From positions 1 through 37,543 of the IMG/VR virus record IMGVR_UViG_3300017649_000011: a stretch of 37,543 nucleotides of DNA, one strand, 5' to 3'. The translations under genes and the position numbers were made by a program. This document shows positions 15,247 through 24,458 of this stretch, one piece after another. Below the pieces are notes generated by a model. The model saw nothing but the letters and a program-made list of their open reading frames with translations. It made no database searches and had not been told where the DNA came from. The first letter of the stretch is position 1. Every line of letters begins with the position of its first letter. The stretch comes from a virus. Its lineage: Duplodnaviria > Caudoviricetes.

Positions 15247-16176
15247 ATGCCGAACGACACCACGGGGCTGTTTCAAAGCCTGATCGCGGCCAACAACGCC
15301 GCCGCCGCCGCGCTGAAGTACCAAAACACCTTCGTTGACTCCATTTTCTGGGACAACCGCCCGGTGGCCCAGACGCCGTTCACCAAGCTGACCGTCATCG
15401 TGCCGAGCGTTGACGAGTCCGATGTCGTGGACATCGGCGCCGGGCCCGTCCAGCCGACCGACACCGCGCACTCGACCTTCGAAGTGCCGTTCGACCGCAA
15501 CTTCTCGACCTCCTTCGTCATCAAGGAGTGGGAGCAGGGCCGAACCCCCGTCGAGTTGCAGCGCAAGTACACCCAGCCCCGGCTGGAGGCGTTCTTGCGG
15601 AAGGTCAACCGCACCATCTCGCAGCACTTCAACTCCACCACGTTCAACATCCACTCCGTGGTCAACGGCGGCGGCGCGGACAAGTTCGAGCGCAAGGACA
15701 TCACCGACGCCTGGGTCAACCTGGCCAAGGTCGGCGCGCCGATGGAGGACAACGGCAACATGTTCCTCGCGACCACGCCCCAGGCGTACGGGAACATGCT
15801 CAGCGACTCCAACTTCATTACTCAGAGCATCGTCGGCGACTCGGCGGCGGTGGAGGCGCAGCAGCGCGCCCACCTGCGGCTGATGTACGGCGCCGGGCTC
15901 CGCTACGACCAGCACCTGGCGCCGTTCGAGGCCGGCAAGGAGCCGGGGGCGCTCTATCACCGCTACTGCATGGCTGGCCTGACCGCCCCGGTCAAGTCCC
16001 AGGCTGGCGACGGCGGCAACAACGTCCAGGAAGCCGTCATCCGCATCAAGGGCCTGCCCGTCCGAATGCAGGTCTGGTACAGCCCCGACGATCAGGGCAC
16101 CAAGGTGCACTACAACGCCTGGTGGGGCGTGGCCCCCGCCCGCAAGGAGCTTTGCTCGCTCCTGCAAACCGCCTGA
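15247..16176 (+). CDS. Major capsid protein (HK97 fold, P22-coat-like)
   Basis: 309 aa after the scaffold; strong codon bias; AAGGA RBS; C-terminal VHYNAWWGVAPARKE resembles P22-coat-type ends. Confidence 0.8.
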   Translation: MPNDTTGLFQSLIAANNAAAAALKYQNTFVDSIFWDNRPVAQTPFTKLTVIVPSVDESDVVDIGAGPVQPTDTAHSTFEVPFDRNFSTSFVIKEWEQGRTPVELQRKYTQPRLEAFLRKVNRTISQHFNSTTFNIHSVVNGGGADKFERKDITDAWVNLAKVGAPMEDNGNMFLATTPQAYGNMLSDSNFITQSIVGDSAAVEAQQRAHLRLMYGAGLRYDQHLAPFEAGKEPGALYHRYCMAGLTAPVKSQAGDGGNNVQEAVIRIKGLPVRMQVWYSPDDQGTKVHYNAWWGVAPARKELCSLLQTA

Positions 16177-16223
16177 TCGACGGCCCGATCCGACCCAACC
16201 CAAACGCATAAGGACCATCGCAC

Positions 16224-16748
16224 ATGGCTAATGAACTCATCGCGTCGTGGGGTCCGGCCGACCTCCGACGCAACACCAGCGTGGGCTACGACTCCCGGCT
16301 CAGCCGCTCCATCGTGGGCGGCGGGGCCGTGGACGGCATCGCCCTCCCCAAAAACGCCGACCTCTCGTGCAACCTCATCGTCAAGGTGCCCGGCAACGCC
16401 ACCCTCACCACCGGGGTCAAGTTCGATCTTGTGGTGATCGACGACGGCAAGGAAGCCTTCGATCTCGGCAAGGTCGCGGTCTTGGGCGTCGCGGTCAAGG
16501 TTCTCGACGACAACACGGACAGCCTCGACGCGGCCGTGGGCGGCGGAGCCGAAGTCACCGGCAACGCCACGCTCGCCTCGACCTCGGGCGTGGTCCGCGT
16601 CGTCACCATTAGCGTCCCCAACGCGAGTCTTGACGGCGCGGCGGCGGGGGACACCATCCTCGTCCGCATCCGCCGCGTGGCGGACAACGCCTCGGACACG
16701 CTCAATGGCCGCGTCCTGCTGCTCAGCGCGGCCGCCTACGCCTATTGA
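16224..16748 (+). CDS. Beta-rich virion protein (capsid decoration candidate)
   Basis: Directly after the capsid gene; AAGGA RBS; Gly/Ala/Val/Thr-rich. Confidence 0.55.
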   Translation: MANELIASWGPADLRRNTSVGYDSRLSRSIVGGGAVDGIALPKNADLSCNLIVKVPGNATLTTGVKFDLVVIDDGKEAFDLGKVAVLGVAVKVLDDNTDSLDAAVGGGAEVTGNATLASTSGVVRVVTISVPNASLDGAAAGDTILVRIRRVADNASDTLNGRVLLLSAAAYAY

Positions 16749-17296
16749 TGTGGTCCACCGACCTCGCCAACGCCATTGAGCGCGACGCGGTTTATTACGC
16801 CCGTCGCGTTCGGTGGCGGATCGACGCCGAGGATTTGGCTCAAGACGGCTGGCTCGCGGCCCTTGAATTCCTGGCTCGACGGGGCGACGCCGACCCCGCT
16901 TTGGTTCGGCACGTCGCGAGCCAAGGGATGGTCGCGACCATCCGCCGCGAAATCGCCCGGCCAACCGTCGAAATGGCCGACGCAACGCGGGAGAGACTGA
17001 CGACGAGAAGCGGCGACCAAGCCATTGCCCTCGACGTTCGGGACGTGATCGACGAACTAACGCCGTACTACCGGACGGCGATTCTCAGCACGTTGGACGG
17101 GCCGCCGAGCAAGACTCACGCGAATCTGGGTATGACCCAGAACACGCTGGAGACCGCCCTTTACCGAGCCCGCGTCAAGCTCCGCGCTCGGCTCGGGGAC
17201 GCCTACGAACACATGGCCCGCAAGCACCACAAACGTTACGGCAAGATCGGCCGCGCCAACGCCAAACGGCGGGCGAAAACGAAAGAGACAGCCTAG
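16745..17296 (+). CDS. ECF-like sigma-70 family protein
   Basis: DAEDLAQDGWLAALE (region 2) and IDELTPYYRTAI...LGMTQNTLETALYRARVKLR (region 4). Confidence 0.75.
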   Translation: MMWSTDLANAIERDAVYYARRVRWRIDAEDLAQDGWLAALEFLARRGDADPALVRHVASQGMVATIRREIARPTVEMADATRERLTTRSGDQAIALDVRDVIDELTPYYRTAILSTLDGPPSKTHANLGMTQNTLETALYRARVKLRARLGDAYEHMARKHHKRYGKIGRANAKRRAKTKETA

Positions 17297-17656
17297 ATGC
17301 CAATCCAATCTCAGTCGCCGATCCCCTGCGCCCACGGCCTCCCGCTGGCCGGGGTGCTGGCCAAGACCCTGACCGGCGCCGACGGGGCGGTGTCCCACGT
17401 CGGCTACTGGAATTACGACGCCGAAGGGTGGGACGCGGAGTTCGATCCCGCCAAGCACGTCCGGAGGTTTAGCGAGATCGGTCCCGTCCCCGAGACGGCC
17501 GGCAATCGCCATCAGGCGTGGGGCGTGCCCCGCGAGCCGCTGTACGACCCATCGGTTATCGGCCTGGTCTACGCGACCGACAAGGACGGCGCGCTCACGG
17601 ATGTCGTCGAAACCCTCGCGTGGCGCTACCTGGCCAGCCACGCCAACGTGATCTAA
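17297..17656 (+). CDS. Hypothetical protein
   Basis: Abuts the upstream stop; GC3-biased codons. Confidence 0.6.
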   Translation: MPIQSQSPIPCAHGLPLAGVLAKTLTGADGAVSHVGYWNYDAEGWDAEFDPAKHVRRFSEIGPVPETAGNRHQAWGVPREPLYDPSVIGLVYATDKDGALTDVVETLAWRYLASHANVI

Positions 17657-17675
17657 GCCGACCCACCGAGGCGTC

Positions 17676-18854
17676 ATGTATCAGCATGTGGACAACGCTT
17701 GGGGCGAAGTCGCCGAACCGCGCGCCATCGGCGGCGGCTCGGTCGCGCTGAAGCCCGGCCACGCCGCGCGGTTCGGCGAGCCCACCGCCGATGCGCCGAT
17801 CCGGTTGACCTTCGGCCGCGAGAACCCCGCGCCGACCAGCGGCCTTGACCGCTACCTTCCGGTTACGGTGCTCCGCGGCGTGGGGGTCTCCGGCGATTCG
17901 CTGTTGGTTGACGGGACCGCCGATGGTCGCGACGACGCGGAGATTCTCCCCGGCGATTTCGTGGTCAATGAGATCGTCGCCGCCGACCTGGCCGCCCTCT
18001 GGGATCGGGAGATGACCCCCGGACCCAAGGGCGAAAAGGGCGACAAGGGCGACCCTGGCGAGCCCGGCGAACCGGGGCCCAAGGGCGACCCCGGGGAGTC
18101 AATCACCGGCCCCAAGGGGGACAAGGGCGACCCCGGCGAGCCCGGAGTCGATGGGGCTCCGGGAAGCGTCTGGCGCAACGGCGACGGCCCGCCCTCCGAT
18201 TCGCTCGGGATCGACGGCGACTACTACCTCAACGACGCCACCGGAGACGTGTATCTCCGAGCGTCGGGATCGTATTCGGTCGTGGCCAACATCGAAGGCC
18301 CCAAGGGGGACAAGGGCGACCCCGGCGAGCCCGGAGCGGACGGCCAGCCCGCGGACGAGTCCAACCTCGTCCACAAGACCGACGCGGAGACGGTCTCCGG
18401 GGCCAAGACCTTCACCGGCGGGGCCGCCGTCCAAGGTGGGCTGTCGGTCCGCAACTCGGTCGGCGCGGTCGTCTCCGGGTTCGACGCCGACGGCTACGGG
18501 TTCGCGCGGACCATCACGTACACGCTGGCCAAAGGCTTCGATCTCGTCGCGGGGACCGGCCTGGTTTCCGGCGGCCTGATCCCGTTCGCGGGCAAGGTGG
18601 CCAAGGTCCAAATCCGAGCGGCGGCCAACGGCTCGTCGGGCGGATTCTCGATCCAGCTAAAGAAAAACGGATCGACGAATCTGTTCGCGTCCGCCTACGC
18701 CGTCGCGGCGTCGGACACGGCGGTCAAGACGATCACCAGCTTCGCGGCCGACTCGGTTTCGGCGGGCGATTGGCTGTCGGTTGACGCTTCGAGCGTCGGC
18801 GCGGGGGTTCAGGACGTTGAGATCAGCGTCACGATTTTGATGGGCAACCGCTGA
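17676..18854 (+). CDS. Collagen-like fibre protein
   Basis: Gly-X-Y runs (GPKGEKGDKGDPGEPG), a GPPSDSLGIDGDYYLN module, VHKTDAETVSGAKTF fibre motif, beta-rich C-terminus. Confidence 0.85.
   Translation: MYQHVDNAWGEVAEPRAIGGGSVALKPGHAARFGEPTADAPIRLTFGRENPAPTSGLDRYLPVTVLRGVGVSGDSLLVDGTADGRDDAEILPGDFVVNEIVAADLAALWDREMTPGPKGEKGDKGDPGEPGEPGPKGDPGESITGPKGDKGDPGEPGVDGAPGSVWRNGDGPPSDSLGIDGDYYLNDATGDVYLRASGSYSVVANIEGPKGDKGDPGEPGADGQPADESNLVHKTDAETVSGAKTFTGGAAVQGGLSVRNSVGAVVSGFDADGYGFARTITYTLAKGFDLVAGTGLVSGGLIPFAGKVAKVQIRAAANGSSGGFSIQLKKNGSTNLFASAYAVAASDTAVKTITSFAADSVSAGDWLSVDASSVGAGVQDVEISVTILMGNR
18108..18336 (+). repeat. Identical 40-bp direct repeat in the collagen region
   Basis: GGCCCCAAGGGGGACAAGGGCGACCCCGGCGAGCCCGGAG at 18108-18147 and 18297-18336. 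Confidence 0.85.
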
Positions 18855-19465
18855 TGGCCGCGGCGCGCATATTGGGCCAAGACACCGTTTCCGGCGGGGC
18901 GGCGGGCTGGTGGCAACGCTTCGGCGTGGACGGCTGGCGCTTCCTCAACGGGTCGGGAACGTTGGTTTACAACCCGCCGCCGTATCTCTCCGATCTCGCG
19001 GTTTCGATCCTCGGCAACGGCGGCGCGCCCCTCGTGGACGGCGTGAAGAACCCCGGCGGGCTGGCGATGCCGGGCGGGGGGACAACCCAAAGGTCGTTGA
19101 CGGACGGCTCGTTCGCGGACCCGACCGCCCTGGGGCTCGGCGTGGCGATCACGCCGACCGACGACGCCCCAAGACTGGCGAGCGTCTACACCTACCGCAA
19201 CGACGGCGGGGTTTCGCTCAAGTTCACCGTGTGGAACGCCGCCGGAACCCTCGCGCTCACGCCAACGTGGTCGGTCCCGACGCCGCTCTCCGGCTATGGC
19301 GGGACGGGCTACTGGATCCGCTTCCTCTACTCCGGGGCGGTCCTACTGAAGATCGAGAAGATATCCGGCGGCAGCTCGGTGCCCCTGACCGGCATCGCGT
19401 TCGGCGCGCGGCCCCTGGGGTTCGCCGGGCTCTCGCAAGGTTTCGCGGGCCACGGCGTCTTTTGA
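18854..19465 (+). CDS. Gly-rich beta protein, probably fibre-associated
   Basis: TGATG coupling to the fibre gene. Confidence 0.6.
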   Translation: MAAARILGQDTVSGGAAGWWQRFGVDGWRFLNGSGTLVYNPPPYLSDLAVSILGNGGAPLVDGVKNPGGLAMPGGGTTQRSLTDGSFADPTALGLGVAITPTDDAPRLASVYTYRNDGGVSLKFTVWNAAGTLALTPTWSVPTPLSGYGGTGYWIRFLYSGAVLLKIEKISGGSSVPLTGIAFGARPLGFAGLSQGFAGHGVF

Positions 19466-19480
19466 TATCGGAATCCGATC

Positions 19481-19963
19481 ATGCCATTGATTGTACCCAT
19501 CACCGACCCATACTCAGGCGAACCGCGACCGGCCGCGTGGGCCTGGTGCCGGATCAGCAACTTCGATCACGGCGCCAAGGTGGGCTACCTCGAATACGAG
19601 GTCTACGCCAGCGCCGCCGCCGCCTATTCCCAACCGCCGCTGCCGCCGTGCCTAACGCTGGCGCTGCACATCAAGCCCGAGCGCCAGCCCGCCGTTTACG
19701 GCCCCCCGCCGCTGATTTCCCCCTACGTTCCTCCGGTTGTGATCCGCGATCCGGGGACCAACGGGCCGGACGATCCCGGCGAGATGACCCCGGCCGTCGA
19801 TCCGGTCTACGGCCCCGCGCCCCTCCTGCGGCCGGAAATCCCCAGCTTCGACGAGATGTTGGCGGCCAACGCGACCGCCTACGGGCTTTTACAACGCGCG
19901 GTCGATCAACTCGCGATCGACTCCATCCCCGAGTTGTCGGCGGGCGTGATCGAGGGTTCCTGA
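19481..19963 (+). CDS. Pro-rich hypothetical protein (fibre assembly candidate)
   Basis: ORF in operon after the fibre genes. Confidence 0.6.
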   Translation: MPLIVPITDPYSGEPRPAAWAWCRISNFDHGAKVGYLEYEVYASAAAAYSQPPLPPCLTLALHIKPERQPAVYGPPPLISPYVPPVVIRDPGTNGPDDPGEMTPAVDPVYGPAPLLRPEIPSFDEMLAANATAYGLLQRAVDQLAIDSIPELSAGVIEGS

Positions 19964-19964
19964 C

Positions 19965-20165
19965 GTGTTCAACTCGCTTCGGCCCTTCAACTCGCTTCGG
20001 CCGTTCAACTCGCTGTCGGCTTACGTTGATTCCGCGTCCGGCTCAACCCCGCAGACCCGGCGCGGCCCCTGGCGCGGCGTCGTCGCGTCGATGCGGCGGT
20101 GGAGCGGGTACAGCGAGACGAGGGCCGCCGCGCCCCGACGCTCCGCAACCTGGAGGCTCCGTTGA
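19965..20165 (+). CDS. Small basic protein with FNSLRP repeats
   Basis: Fills the gap between neighbours; GAGGG RBS; stop overlaps the next TTG start. Confidence 0.5.
   Translation: MFNSLRPFNSLRPFNSLSAYVDSASGSTPQTRRGPWRGVVASMRRWSGYSETRAAAPRRSATWRLR
19968..20014 (+). repeat. 18-bp tandem repeat TTCAACTCGCTTCGGCCS (about 2.6 copies)
   Basis: Units start at 19968, 19986 and 20004. Confidence 0.9.
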
Positions 20166-20992
20166 GCGACGAACAAGTCAATCTCTGGACGGTCCCCGTC
20201 GGCGTGGACGCCGACTTCATGGTGTCCATCGTCGGCTCGGACGGGCGGCCCGTCGAGTTCACCGGAGACGAGCCGATTACCGTGGTCGTCTGGCAGGGCG
20301 ACGACGCCGCCCCAACCCCGGGGCTCGTCACGGCGACATGGGAGGGAGGCGATCCCGCTCAGGGGATGCTCGTGGCCTCCGTGCTGGGATCCGCGACCGC
20401 GACCGCCGCGCCCGATTACCACCGGACCCGGATCACCATCGCCGTTGAAGGCCGCGAGTACCTCGCCTACGAGGGCTGGCTGTCCCTCACCGCCTCGCCG
20501 GGCGTCGGCGAAGTCCCGAGGACGTACATCGGCCTGAAAGACTTGATCGACGTGGGCGGCGACTGGCTGCCCGCCCTGATGAGCGACATGGGGCATACGT
20601 CGTTCCTTCGCGACCGCGCGCGGGCGAGCGTGGAGCTCGAGAAGGTCATTCTCAGTCGATGCCGACCGTACACGTGGGCCGACGATCCGCGCTGGTGGGG
20701 AAGCTGGACCGACCCCAACGCGCCCGACGCGCGGGTGTCCGGCCTGCTCGCCGACGACCGGCTCGAAGTCACCGAGCAGATTCGCGAGGCCGTCGCCTAT
20801 CTCGCCGCGTCGTACATCTGCGAGCGGCAAATCACGATGGACGCCGACGACGTTTACGCCCGCCGCGCCGCATATTACCGCGCCAAGTGGCGATCCTCGC
20901 TCCCCGGCCTCACCGTGGCCATCGACGCAAGCAACGACGGCGACGGGTCTTATTACATGTACATCGACCTCTCCGTCATGTCGTCGAGGTAG
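20162..20992 (+). CDS. Head-tail adaptor-like protein with N-terminal Ig/BppU-like domain
   Basis: GGAGG RBS before TTG 20162; beta-rich N-half; helical C-half IREAVAYLAASYICERQ...YARRAAYY resembles gp6/gp15-type connectors. Confidence 0.55.
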   Translation: MSDEQVNLWTVPVGVDADFMVSIVGSDGRPVEFTGDEPITVVVWQGDDAAPTPGLVTATWEGGDPAQGMLVASVLGSATATAAPDYHRTRITIAVEGREYLAYEGWLSLTASPGVGEVPRTYIGLKDLIDVGGDWLPALMSDMGHTSFLRDRARASVELEKVILSRCRPYTWADDPRWWGSWTDPNAPDARVSGLLADDRLEVTEQIREAVAYLAASYICERQITMDADDVYARRAAYYRAKWRSSLPGLTVAIDASNDGDGSYYMYIDLSVMSSR

Positions 20993-20995
20993 CCG

Positions 20996-21466
20996 ATGCC
21001 GCCGATTCCGCCGACCACCTTCCCCGATGGCGCGTTCGCCAAGCTAATGGACGCCATTCTCGCCAAGCTCCGCGCCGATCCCGTCCTCAAGCGGGTCAAG
21101 ACCTGGCAGACCGAGGAGGGGGACCGCGACGACAACCGGGCCTTGACGCTCCGCGACCTGCCCGCGCTGGCGATTTCGACCGGCGGGGGGCCGTTCAAGT
21201 GGGCCGACGAATGCCGGTTCGACGGGCCGCTCGTCCTTCGCTTCACGCTGGCCGTGCCGTCTCGCCGCAAGCGGGAACTGCTCAACTTCTGGGAGGCCGT
21301 CGCCAAGGCGCTGAGCCCGACCAACGCATTCATGGACATCCTTTATCCGCTGGGCGTCTACAACGTCACCATGACCATCCCCGCCGTCGATCCTCAATCC
21401 ATCGCCGATGGACAGGGGCTCGCGGGAGAGGGACAAGTCACGCTCTCCGTCAACGTGGGGATATAA
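20996..21466 (+). CDS. Tail terminator-like protein
   Basis: 156 aa before the tail tube; LMDAILAKLRADP...DLPALAI pattern of tail completion proteins. Confidence 0.55.
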   Translation: MPPIPPTTFPDGAFAKLMDAILAKLRADPVLKRVKTWQTEEGDRDDNRALTLRDLPALAISTGGGPFKWADECRFDGPLVLRFTLAVPSRRKRELLNFWEAVAKALSPTNAFMDILYPLGVYNVTMTIPAVDPQSIADGQGLAGEGQVTLSVNVGI

Positions 21467-21470
21467 TCGC

Positions 21471-22433
21471 ATGAAAAGGTTCCTCCGCATCACCAAGGAA
21501 GCCGCCTACAACACGTACGACGACGGCGAAACTCCGGCGGCGATTCACCCCCGGCTCTCGGCCACCGGCGCGTTCGGCATGATGCACACGCCGGAATTCT
21601 GGACCATCCAAGAGGGGTCCGGCCTGGGCGTTCCAGCGCTCTCGGGCACGCAGACGATGACGGTCTCGGGCAACCTCGTCACCGAGCTTGGCCACACGCT
21701 GGCCGCGTTTCTGGTGCCGTGGGCGGCCACCCGGATCAACGACGCCCAAACGGCTCCCTGGGAGACCACCGAGCTTCCCCGCGACCTCGCGTCCTGCACG
21801 TTCGATTACGCGCGCAGCGTCTTCAACTCGACCACGCTCAAGCGCAAGCGGTATCTGGGAGTGAAGTGCTCGTCCCTGGGCCTGGCGTGCTCGCGCGACC
21901 AGCCCAAGCTGATGGCGACCTTCGGCTGTCTCGGCGGGATCGTCCAGGGCAACCACTACGACTCGTCAACCGACCCCGACGCCACCGCCTTCCCCGAGCC
22001 GACGTGCGCCGACTACCCGCCCGACACCTACCTTTTTCAGCAACTCAAGGGCAACGTCTCCATCCTCGGGACGGCGCGGACCAACTTCGACAGCTTCAGC
22101 TTGCAGCTGCAAAACCAACTCAAGCCCTACTTCGACGAGGATCACTTCGCCAACGCGATCCGACTCGTCGGCCGAACGCTCACCGTCACGCTCCGATGCC
22201 GGTTGAAGCTCACGCCCGACGACTGGAGCGCCTACGAGCAGGGGACGGTGGGGGCGGCGTCGTTCAAGTTCACCGGCGGCGGCCACTCCCTGGAGTTCGC
22301 GATGAAGGGCAAGAACTACATCAGCCAGATCCAGGAAGAAGCGCCCATCGATGATGAGCACTACTACTCGATCACGCTGACGAACCAACTCGACCCGTCC
22401 GATTGCTCGGATTTCGCGGTGAACATCACCTGA
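21471..22433 (+). CDS. Major tail tube protein
   Basis: Begins KRFLRITKEAAYNT; RYLGVKCSSLGL and FSLQLQNQL match a tube-protein pattern; ATG 21471. Confidence 0.75.
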   Translation: MKRFLRITKEAAYNTYDDGETPAAIHPRLSATGAFGMMHTPEFWTIQEGSGLGVPALSGTQTMTVSGNLVTELGHTLAAFLVPWAATRINDAQTAPWETTELPRDLASCTFDYARSVFNSTTLKRKRYLGVKCSSLGLACSRDQPKLMATFGCLGGIVQGNHYDSSTDPDATAFPEPTCADYPPDTYLFQQLKGNVSILGTARTNFDSFSLQLQNQLKPYFDEDHFANAIRLVGRTLTVTLRCRLKLTPDDWSAYEQGTVGAASFKFTGGGHSLEFAMKGKNYISQIQEEAPIDDEHYYSITLTNQLDPSDCSDFAVNIT

Positions 22434-22855
22434 TGGGCAAGCTCCTCGACCGCAATCAACTGATCCTCCGACGCCTCGCCGACATGCGGCCCGTCGAGCC
22501 GCGCCTGCGCCAAATCTTCACCGAGGGCAAGCGGTTCCACCTGCTCCGGGGGACCGACGCTGCGGGGCGGCCGTTCCAGGCGGTGAAGCCCGAGACGGCC
22601 AAGCGGCGGGGCGGGACGGGGCCGCCGCTGGCGCCGCGCGGCGCGGCCTCGCGGATCGTCGCCGACTACCGCGTGAGCTTCGAGCGCCTGCCGTCCGCGC
22701 TGCGCGTGGTCGCGGGTTGGCCGATGGCGTGGGTTCAACACCACAAGGCCGGGGGGCGGCGGCTCCCCAAACGCGACCCCGGCGGCTTCCGCGAAATCGA
22801 CAAGCGGGATGCGATGGACGCAATACGAAGGTGGGTGTTCAATGGCGACCACTGA
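22433..22855 (+). CDS. Virion morphogenesis protein (Mu gpG / P2 gpS-like)
   Basis: GTDAAGRPFQAVKPET...HHKAGGRRLPKRDPGG motifs; TGATG coupling. Confidence 0.7.
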   Translation: MGKLLDRNQLILRRLADMRPVEPRLRQIFTEGKRFHLLRGTDAAGRPFQAVKPETAKRRGGTGPPLAPRGAASRIVADYRVSFERLPSALRVVAGWPMAWVQHHKAGGRRLPKRDPGGFREIDKRDAMDAIRRWVFNGDH

Positions 22856-24458
22856 GGAAGTTCAAAAGCTCGTCATGCAGGTGGAGGGCGAGGCGAAGCT
22901 CCGCGCGCTCGTCGCTCAACAAGTCGAAGCCGAGAAGGTGATGCGCAAGCTCGTTGAGCAATTCAACGAGGGGAAGCTCAGCCAGCAGGATTACGCCAAA
23001 CGCACGGAGATCGTGGCGAGCCACGTCCTCCGGTTGCGGGAGCAAACCGAGGAAACCGAGAAGTCCTTCCGCAAGGCGGGGTTCTCGGTCAAGAACTACC
23101 AGCAGGAGATTCGATCGGCGGGCTTCATCGTCCAGGACTTCGCGCAAGGCGGGCTCGGCGGAATCATCAACAACATCGACCAACTCTTGTACAAATTCCC
23201 GATGCTTGGCGCGGCGGCCACCATCGGGGCCACGGCCATTTGGGCGTTCGGCCCGGCCGTCAAGTCGATGGTCGAGGGCTTGCTGATGGGGACCAACAAA
23301 ATCCCCGAGGCGACCGGGCACCTGGAGAAGATGGCCGAGCGGCTCGGCAAGGCGAAGGAGGAACTCGACAAGCTCAAGGACAAGCAAAGCCTCACCAACG
23401 CCGAGCTCGCCAAGTACAACGAACTCATGGCCGAAACCAAGGGGCTTGAAGAGGGCGTGCAGAAGGCCCGCGAGCAACGCAACGCCTACGAGGCCCAGGT
23501 GAAGGCCGAGAACGCGGCTCCACAAGGGGCGGCCGAGGAGGCGAAGCGGATCGTCGAGGAGGCGGGCGGCGCGGAGAAGGTGCGGGATTCGGTGCTCCGA
23601 AAGCTGGAGGACTTCAGCGGGAAGGATCAACTGGAGAAGCAGATCAAGGAGCTTCAGGAATACCGCAAGGAAATCCGCAAGCTTCCCGGGCAAATGATCG
23701 CGAGCGAATACGCGCGGGTGGACAAGGAGATCAAGGAGGCTCAGGCCAAGTTGGAGGCCACGGCCAAGGAGACGGCCGACAAGGCGAAGAGCATGGTCGG
23801 GGCCGCGTTGACGGGCGATCAAGGCGCCGTCCGTGACCTGGATACGCTGATGCCCGGCCTGGGGATCGGCGCGGCCACTCCCGAGGGGATGCGGCGTCGC
23901 GCCGAGGGGGAGGCCGCCGGACGGAAAACCATCGGCGGCATCCTCGACAATATCCTCGACGCGGCCAAGGCCAACCGCGAATGGAACGAGGAAATCGGCC
24001 TCATGAACAGGCTGGAGGAACAGGGCCAGATGCAGCGCCAGGCCCAGGAGCAGCGCGCCATGCTCGCCAAGGACGAAGGCGAGAAGCAGTGGCAAGCCAA
24101 GCAGGACGCCAAGGAAGCGGAGGAGCTTGGCAGGCGGCTCAAGGCCGAGGAGCGCGCCCGCAAACAGCAAGAGGACGAGGCCCGGCGGAAGTTCGATTAC
24201 AACACCGCCAACCTCTACGGCGACAAGCCGATGGAGGGGGACGCGCTTGAGGCGGCCAGCCTAGAGGCCGAGCGCGCCTCCATCGCCGCCGTGGCCCAGG
24301 CCGACGCGATGATGGGCCAAAACAGCGTTTACGTACAGCGGTTCCAAGAAATCACCGCGCGGCTCAACCACCTGCAAATGCGCAACAGCCAACAGATGGG
24401 CGGCCAGATGGGCGGCGGCGGATATTCGCAATTACCCATGTACACCGGAGGCATGTGA
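22842..24458 (+). CDS. Tape measure protein (short, ~538 aa)
   Basis: Long helical coiled coil with a central hydrophobic segment (VQDFAQGGLGGIINNI...GAAATIGATAIW); tail-module position. Confidence 0.75.
   Translation: MATTEEVQKLVMQVEGEAKLRALVAQQVEAEKVMRKLVEQFNEGKLSQQDYAKRTEIVASHVLRLREQTEETEKSFRKAGFSVKNYQQEIRSAGFIVQDFAQGGLGGIINNIDQLLYKFPMLGAAATIGATAIWAFGPAVKSMVEGLLMGTNKIPEATGHLEKMAERLGKAKEELDKLKDKQSLTNAELAKYNELMAETKGLEEGVQKAREQRNAYEAQVKAENAAPQGAAEEAKRIVEEAGGAEKVRDSVLRKLEDFSGKDQLEKQIKELQEYRKEIRKLPGQMIASEYARVDKEIKEAQAKLEATAKETADKAKSMVGAALTGDQGAVRDLDTLMPGLGIGAATPEGMRRRAEGEAAGRKTIGGILDNILDAAKANREWNEEIGLMNRLEEQGQMQRQAQEQRAMLAKDEGEKQWQAKQDAKEAEELGRRLKAEERARKQQEDEARRKFDYNTANLYGDKPMEGDALEAASLEAERASIAAVAQADAMMGQNSVYVQRFQEITARLNHLQMRNSQQMGGQMGGGGYSQLPMYTGGM

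Noticed and set aside
19968-20014. Possible mini-CRISPR
   Set aside because: Head-to-tail 18-bp repeats without spacers.
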